Of a stretch of DNA of 45,721 nucleotides, positions 41,963 to 45,721 are shown piece by piece. A program made the position numbers and the translations under genes. The stretch is from the sequence record SRR22947727_1424; one strand, 5' to 3'. Under the pieces are notes generated by a model, which ran no database searches, was not told where the DNA came from, and saw nothing but the letters and a program-made list of their open reading frames with translations. The number at the start of each line of letters is the position of its first letter. Positions within the stretch are counted from its first letter, which is position 1.

Positions 41963-42209
41963 ATTTGTCTTTTCAGGCGGAGGCAAAGCAGCGCTCGGCG
42001 CCTCTACACAAGCCGTTTCAGGCCTTCTGCGGCTCTCTTACATCAAGCCGCTTGCGCCTTACAACCCATTTTCCGCGGAATTCCCGCATTGCACGACGGA
42101 CGGCCCCAAAAATACGTTGATTGGTGCCACCCTCTACGCCATTGCGGCGCACAGCAGCGCTCGGGGGCTGGCGACAGGCCTGAAAGGTGCCAAGAATTGT
42201 CGTGTGAAA

Positions 42210-42776
42210 CTAGCGGCCCCAAAGGCGCTTTTCGCCGCAATCAATATGGACGAAGTTGGAGCGAGAATAGCGGCCAACCCCGCCGGCGGCGCAGGATGCG
42301 GCGGCTCTGGCCACTTGACGGACAGATTTGCCCTGCATGCGCAGATCCGTTGCTTGCCCCTTCATATGCAGGGAATTTTTAGCCACACCACGCGAGCGTT
42401 TGCGCAGCAGCGCGTTGGTTTCAGGTGTCCGGTAGCCGGACAGCATGAGGAAGGGGGTGGGGGTGTCGAGCAGCTGTTGCGTGGCTGCGATGATGTCAAC
42501 GGTGCGTGTGTCGATGGCACGGGACGTATCCCTCCGCCAGTCACGCATGAACCAATTCACCTCAGTCAAGGCATCTTTGATATAGTCACCTTCAATCCAA
42601 TAGATCACATCTAAGGATTCGCCCGTCCGCCGTGAATACATTTTCAACCGACGAATATCGCCTGCACCACGTAAGAAACCGGCGGCATTGGAATAGGTTG
42701 GCGCCGCGATCAAAGCTGTGGCCGCAAAAGCGCCCAGCAATCCACGTCGTGAAATTACGCTCGGTTGGTCTGTCAT
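42210..42776 (-). CDS. YcbK/MepK (DUF882, peptidase M15) family Tat-exported peptidoglycan endopeptidase
   Basis: SRRGLL Tat motif, TGESL, MRDWR, SGYR.PETN, SLHM.GQA.D, GGVG.Y..SNFVHID. Confidence 0.92.
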   Translation of the reverse strand: MTDQPSVISRRGLLGAFAATALIAAPTYSNAAGFLRGAGDIRRLKMYSRRTGESLDVIYWIEGDYIKDALTEVNWFMRDWRRDTSRAIDTRTVDIIAATQQLLDTPTPFLMLSGYRTPETNALLRKRSRGVAKNSLHMKGQATDLRMQGKSVRQVARAAASCAAGGVGRYSRSNFVHIDCGEKRLWGR

Positions 42777-43105
42777 TCTTTGTCCCACTTGTGCACCGCG
42801 ATCCATGCAGAACACGGCCGCTTATCCCCAGGTGCAAGGCTCATATGACATATTTCCTCCATTTTTGCAAAGCCCAATATAGTTTCAATTCGAACTATTC
42901 CAAATTCGGCGAATTATCGCATGGTTGGCTCTGACGGGCGCGCCGCGGTCCGCTGGGCATTGCGATCCGGTGCCCTATCTGGGCTTTGTGCTTTCAGTGT
43001 TACAATCTGCAAAATCTACCGGCTCAATTGGCAAAAGACATTAGACTTTTGCTCCTAAAATGCGCATTTATTGTCACCGTATTCTAACTGAGGGCGCGCC
43101 GCGAC

Positions 43106-44704
43106 ATGATGGGTCGAATTGATTTCCGTATAGCCAAGGTCTTGGCGAGTGTCTTGGCTGTGTTGTTTAGCACGGAGCTGGCAGCTCAAGCTTTTGGATT
43201 TAAGCAATCTTTGGCCCAATATATAAGTTCTGACCGCAGTATTTCTGGATTTTATCGTGCGCGGGATTATGGCTCGTTTTGGACGGGCCCAACAGAGCAG
43301 GAGCGCGCGCGATTGGAGGCGCTCATCACGGCCTTTGCTGATGCGGAGATGCACGGTCTGCCGAAAGCGCGGTTCAATGCTGAAACTGTGCTCTCCAAAC
43401 TGCGGGCGGCCAATAGTCAAAGTGCTTTGGGTCAGCTCGACGCGGAGCTCACAACGGCGTTTCTGGACTATGCGCGCGCCGTGCAGTCAGGTCTGTTGAT
43501 CCCCTCAGAGGTTGATGAGGAAATTGTCCGCAAAGTGCGCTACAGCAAACCGCTTGACCTATTGGCAGGTTTGGAGGCCAGCGATCCGCAGGTTTTTTTC
43601 AAATCCTTGCCACCGCAAAGCCGCCAATACGTCGGACTTGTCAAAGAAAGACTGCGTTTGGAGCGGCAGGTGACGGCGGGGGGCTGGGGTCAACCTGTGA
43701 GTGCCAAGCGTCTAAAGCCAGAGGAGCAGGGGGCGCAAGTGGTGCTTCTGCGTGATCGCTTGGTCGCCATGGGCTATCTGAGCAGAAGCTATTCCACCAC
43801 ATATGACGACCCGCTTGCCGCCGCGGTGGCGCGCTTTCAAGCCGATCATGGGCTTGCCGTGACCGGCACGGCCAACAAGCTGACCCTTGAGCAGATCAAT
43901 GTTGGGGCCTCTGATCGCTTGGCATCGGTTTTGGTGGCATTGGAGCGGGAGCGTTGGTTCAATCAACCTTTGGGTGAGCGGCATATCTCCGTGAATTTGA
44001 CGGATTTCAAGGCGAAGATCGTCGATTTCGGCAAGGTGACCTTTGAAACCAATTCCGTTGTCGGAGCAGTGGATGATGATCGGCGCAGTCCCGAATTTTC
44101 CGACACTATGGAATATATGATCGTCAACCCGAGCTGGTATGTTCCGCGGTCTATCGTTGTCGGTGAATATTTGCCGATGCTACAAGAGGATGCGGCGTCG
44201 GTGGGGTATCTCGAGCTGCGCGATGATTTGGGCAATGTTGTGCGGCGTGAGGGGCTGGATTTCACAAGTTTCAATGAGGACACCTTCCCCTTCGGCATGC
44301 GCCAACCGCCCAGCCCTGGCAATGCTCTGGGCCTGGTAAAGTTCATGTTCCCCAATCGGCATAATATTTATCTTCACGACACCCCAGCCAAAAACCTATT
44401 TGGGCGCGAAGTGCGTGCCTTCAGCCACGGCTGTATTCGTTTGGCCGATCCGTTTGATTTTGCCTATGCGCTCCTTGCAGCGCAAAGTGACGCGCCGAAG
44501 GCTCTCTTTCAGGAGGCCCTGGATACAGGCGAAGAGGTGCAGATCGATTTAGTGCGCCGCATACCCGTGCATATCTTTTACCGCACGGCGCTGGCGCGGC
44601 CCGAAGGCGGATTGGAGTTCCGCCCTGATGTCTATGGCCGTGACGCAAAGATTTGGCAGGCTTTGCAAAGCCAAGGGGTGGTTATGGGTGAGATCACAGG
44701 ATAA
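43106..44704 (+). CDS. L,D-transpeptidase YcbB/LdtD family
   Basis: Signal peptide, PG-binding FQ..HGL, NPSWYVP, PGNALG.VKFMFPN.HNIYLHDTP, SHGCIR catalytic motif. Confidence 0.94.
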   Translation: MMGRIDFRIAKVLASVLAVLFSTELAAQAFGFKQSLAQYISSDRSISGFYRARDYGSFWTGPTEQERARLEALITAFADAEMHGLPKARFNAETVLSKLRAANSQSALGQLDAELTTAFLDYARAVQSGLLIPSEVDEEIVRKVRYSKPLDLLAGLEASDPQVFFKSLPPQSRQYVGLVKERLRLERQVTAGGWGQPVSAKRLKPEEQGAQVVLLRDRLVAMGYLSRSYSTTYDDPLAAAVARFQADHGLAVTGTANKLTLEQINVGASDRLASVLVALERERWFNQPLGERHISVNLTDFKAKIVDFGKVTFETNSVVGAVDDDRRSPEFSDTMEYMIVNPSWYVPRSIVVGEYLPMLQEDAASVGYLELRDDLGNVVRREGLDFTSFNEDTFPFGMRQPPSPGNALGLVKFMFPNRHNIYLHDTPAKNLFGREVRAFSHGCIRLADPFDFAYALLAAQSDAPKALFQEALDTGEEVQIDLVRRIPVHIFYRTALARPEGGLEFRPDVYGRDAKIWQALQSQGVVMGEITG

Positions 44705-44733
44705 ACGGGGCGTGAAGCAAAGGGCGACCGTTC

Positions 44734-45721
44734 ATGAGCGTATGTAATTTACAAGACTTGGCGAAGGCGCTGAACGGACAAGCCGTAGGGGATGTCGCGT
44801 TGCAAGTCACGGGCGCCTGTGAGCCGCAAGATGCGGCAGGGAGCCTCTTGGCGATCGCGACAAGTCAATCCTATGTGGAGCGCTTGCCGCTTGGCCAAGC
44901 CCGCATTGCCTTATTGGCCGAGGGTACCGACTGGCACAGTCTCAACCTTTTGGGCGCAATCCTTGTTCCGCGGCCCCGTTTTGCCATGGTGGGTCTCTCG
45001 CAAGCTTTTGATCATAGGTGGCGGCCGGGTCCGCCGGGCATTCATCCGCAGGCCTGTGTGGAACCAGGGGCTGAGATTGGCCCCGGCGCGCGGATCGGCG
45101 CGTTTTGCCATATCGCGGCGGGGGCGGTGCTGGGCGAGAATGCCTGGCTCGGCAGCCATGTGACCCTTGGAGAAGGCTGCACCATTGGCCCGGAGGCCAC
45201 ATTGATGGCCGGCGTGCGGATTGGCGCGGAGGTGCGTATCGGCGCAAGGTTCATCGCACACCCGGGGGCGGTGATCGGCGGGGATGGATTTTCTTTTGTG
45301 ACACCGGAGCGCTCTGCGATTGAGAATGTGCGCGAGACTCTGGGAGACAGCAAAGGCGCCAAACCGCAAGCCTTTGCCCGCATTCATTCTCTTGGGTCGG
45401 TGGTGATTGGCGATGATGTGGAGCTGGGCGCCAACAGCTGTATTGATCGCGGCACAATCCGCGACACGCAGATTGGCGATGGCTGCAAATTTGATAATTT
45501 GGCCCAGATTGGCCATAATGTAAAAATTGGTAATAATTGTATGATTTGTGCACAGGTCGGGATTGCCGGTTCCTCCGTGCTGGGACACAATGTGGTTCTT
45601 GGGGGGCAAACTGGGGTGAGTGACAATCTGTTTATCGGCGATAACGCCATAACGGGCGGCGCGACGAAAGTGTTAAGCAATATCCCCGCGGGGCGCGTGA
45701 TGCTGGGTTATCCCGCGATGA
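44734..45721 (+). CDS. lpxD: UDP-3-O-acylglucosamine N-acyltransferase, runs off the window end (absent from the ORF track)
   Basis: Hand translation [13 protein letters not shown]..., hexapeptide repeats, [43 protein letters not shown]. Confidence 0.94.
   Translation, partial: MSVCNLQDLAKALNGQAVGDVALQVTGACEPQDAAGSLLAIATSQSYVERLPLGQARIALLAEGTDWHSLNLLGAILVPRPRFAMVGLSQAFDHRWRPGPPGIHPQACVEPGAEIGPGARIGAFCHIAAGAVLGENAWLGSHVTLGEGCTIGPEATLMAGVRIGAEVRIGARFIAHPGAVIGGDGFSFVTPERSAIENVRETLGDSKGAKPQAFARIHSLGSVVIGDDVELGANSCIDRGTIRDTQIGDGCKFDNLAQIGHNVKIGNNCMICAQVGIAGSSVLGHNVVLGGQTGVSDNLFIGDNAITGGATKVLSNIPAGRVMLGYPAM

Noticed and set aside
44911..45680. Minus-strand ORFs at the window end
   Set aside because: Shadows of the plus-strand lpxD frame, which has no stop in the window
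1..45721. CRISPR array, prophage, IS element, defence system or frameshifted pseudogene
   Set aside because: No spaced repeats, transposase, integrase, phage or nuclease genes seen; recognised genes appear full length

Overview
Core-chromosome segment of a Rhodobacteraceae (Roseobacter-group) alphaproteobacterium; the taxon is inferred from gene content, synteny and GTTC-N7-GTTC SOS boxes. Order: uvrA; a valine/isobutyryl-CoA catabolic operon (mmsA, acyl-CoA dehydrogenase, 3-hydroxyisobutyryl-CoA hydrolase, mmsB, plus an appended MmgE/PrpD-family gene) with a divergent LysR; coaD; tkt and two tandem GAPDH paralogs separated by a 47-aa membrane microprotein missing from the ORF track; a ZauP-like gene and zapA; purL, bolA, an 86-aa orphan and grxD; a SorY/SuhB-like sRNA behind a VtlR/LsrB-type LysR; fused indolepyruvate:ferredoxin oxidoreductase; murI, argC, ccmE, ccmF, ccmH and a PaaG-like crotonase; gltA, gltX, comEC, lexA, moeA, moaC, trpCDG; a degenerate polysaccharide deacetylase; a solitary Stealth-family phosphotransferase beside tRNA-Arg(CCG); MepK/YcbK, an L,D-transpeptidase and a partial lpxD. 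I found no CRISPR, prophage, IS or defence island and cannot claim a clearly new multi-gene system. The best leads are: (1) the gap-microprotein-gap module, with opposite cofactor signatures and oppositely placed CceR-like operators; (2) the coupled bolA-orphan-grxD unit; (3) the PrpD-like enzyme attached to the mms operon; (4) the orphan Stealth gene at the tRNA; (5) a set of regulatory signals (CtrA/GcrA, RpoH, leaderless ccmF). All calls come from reading the sequence and recalled family knowledge; no searches were run.
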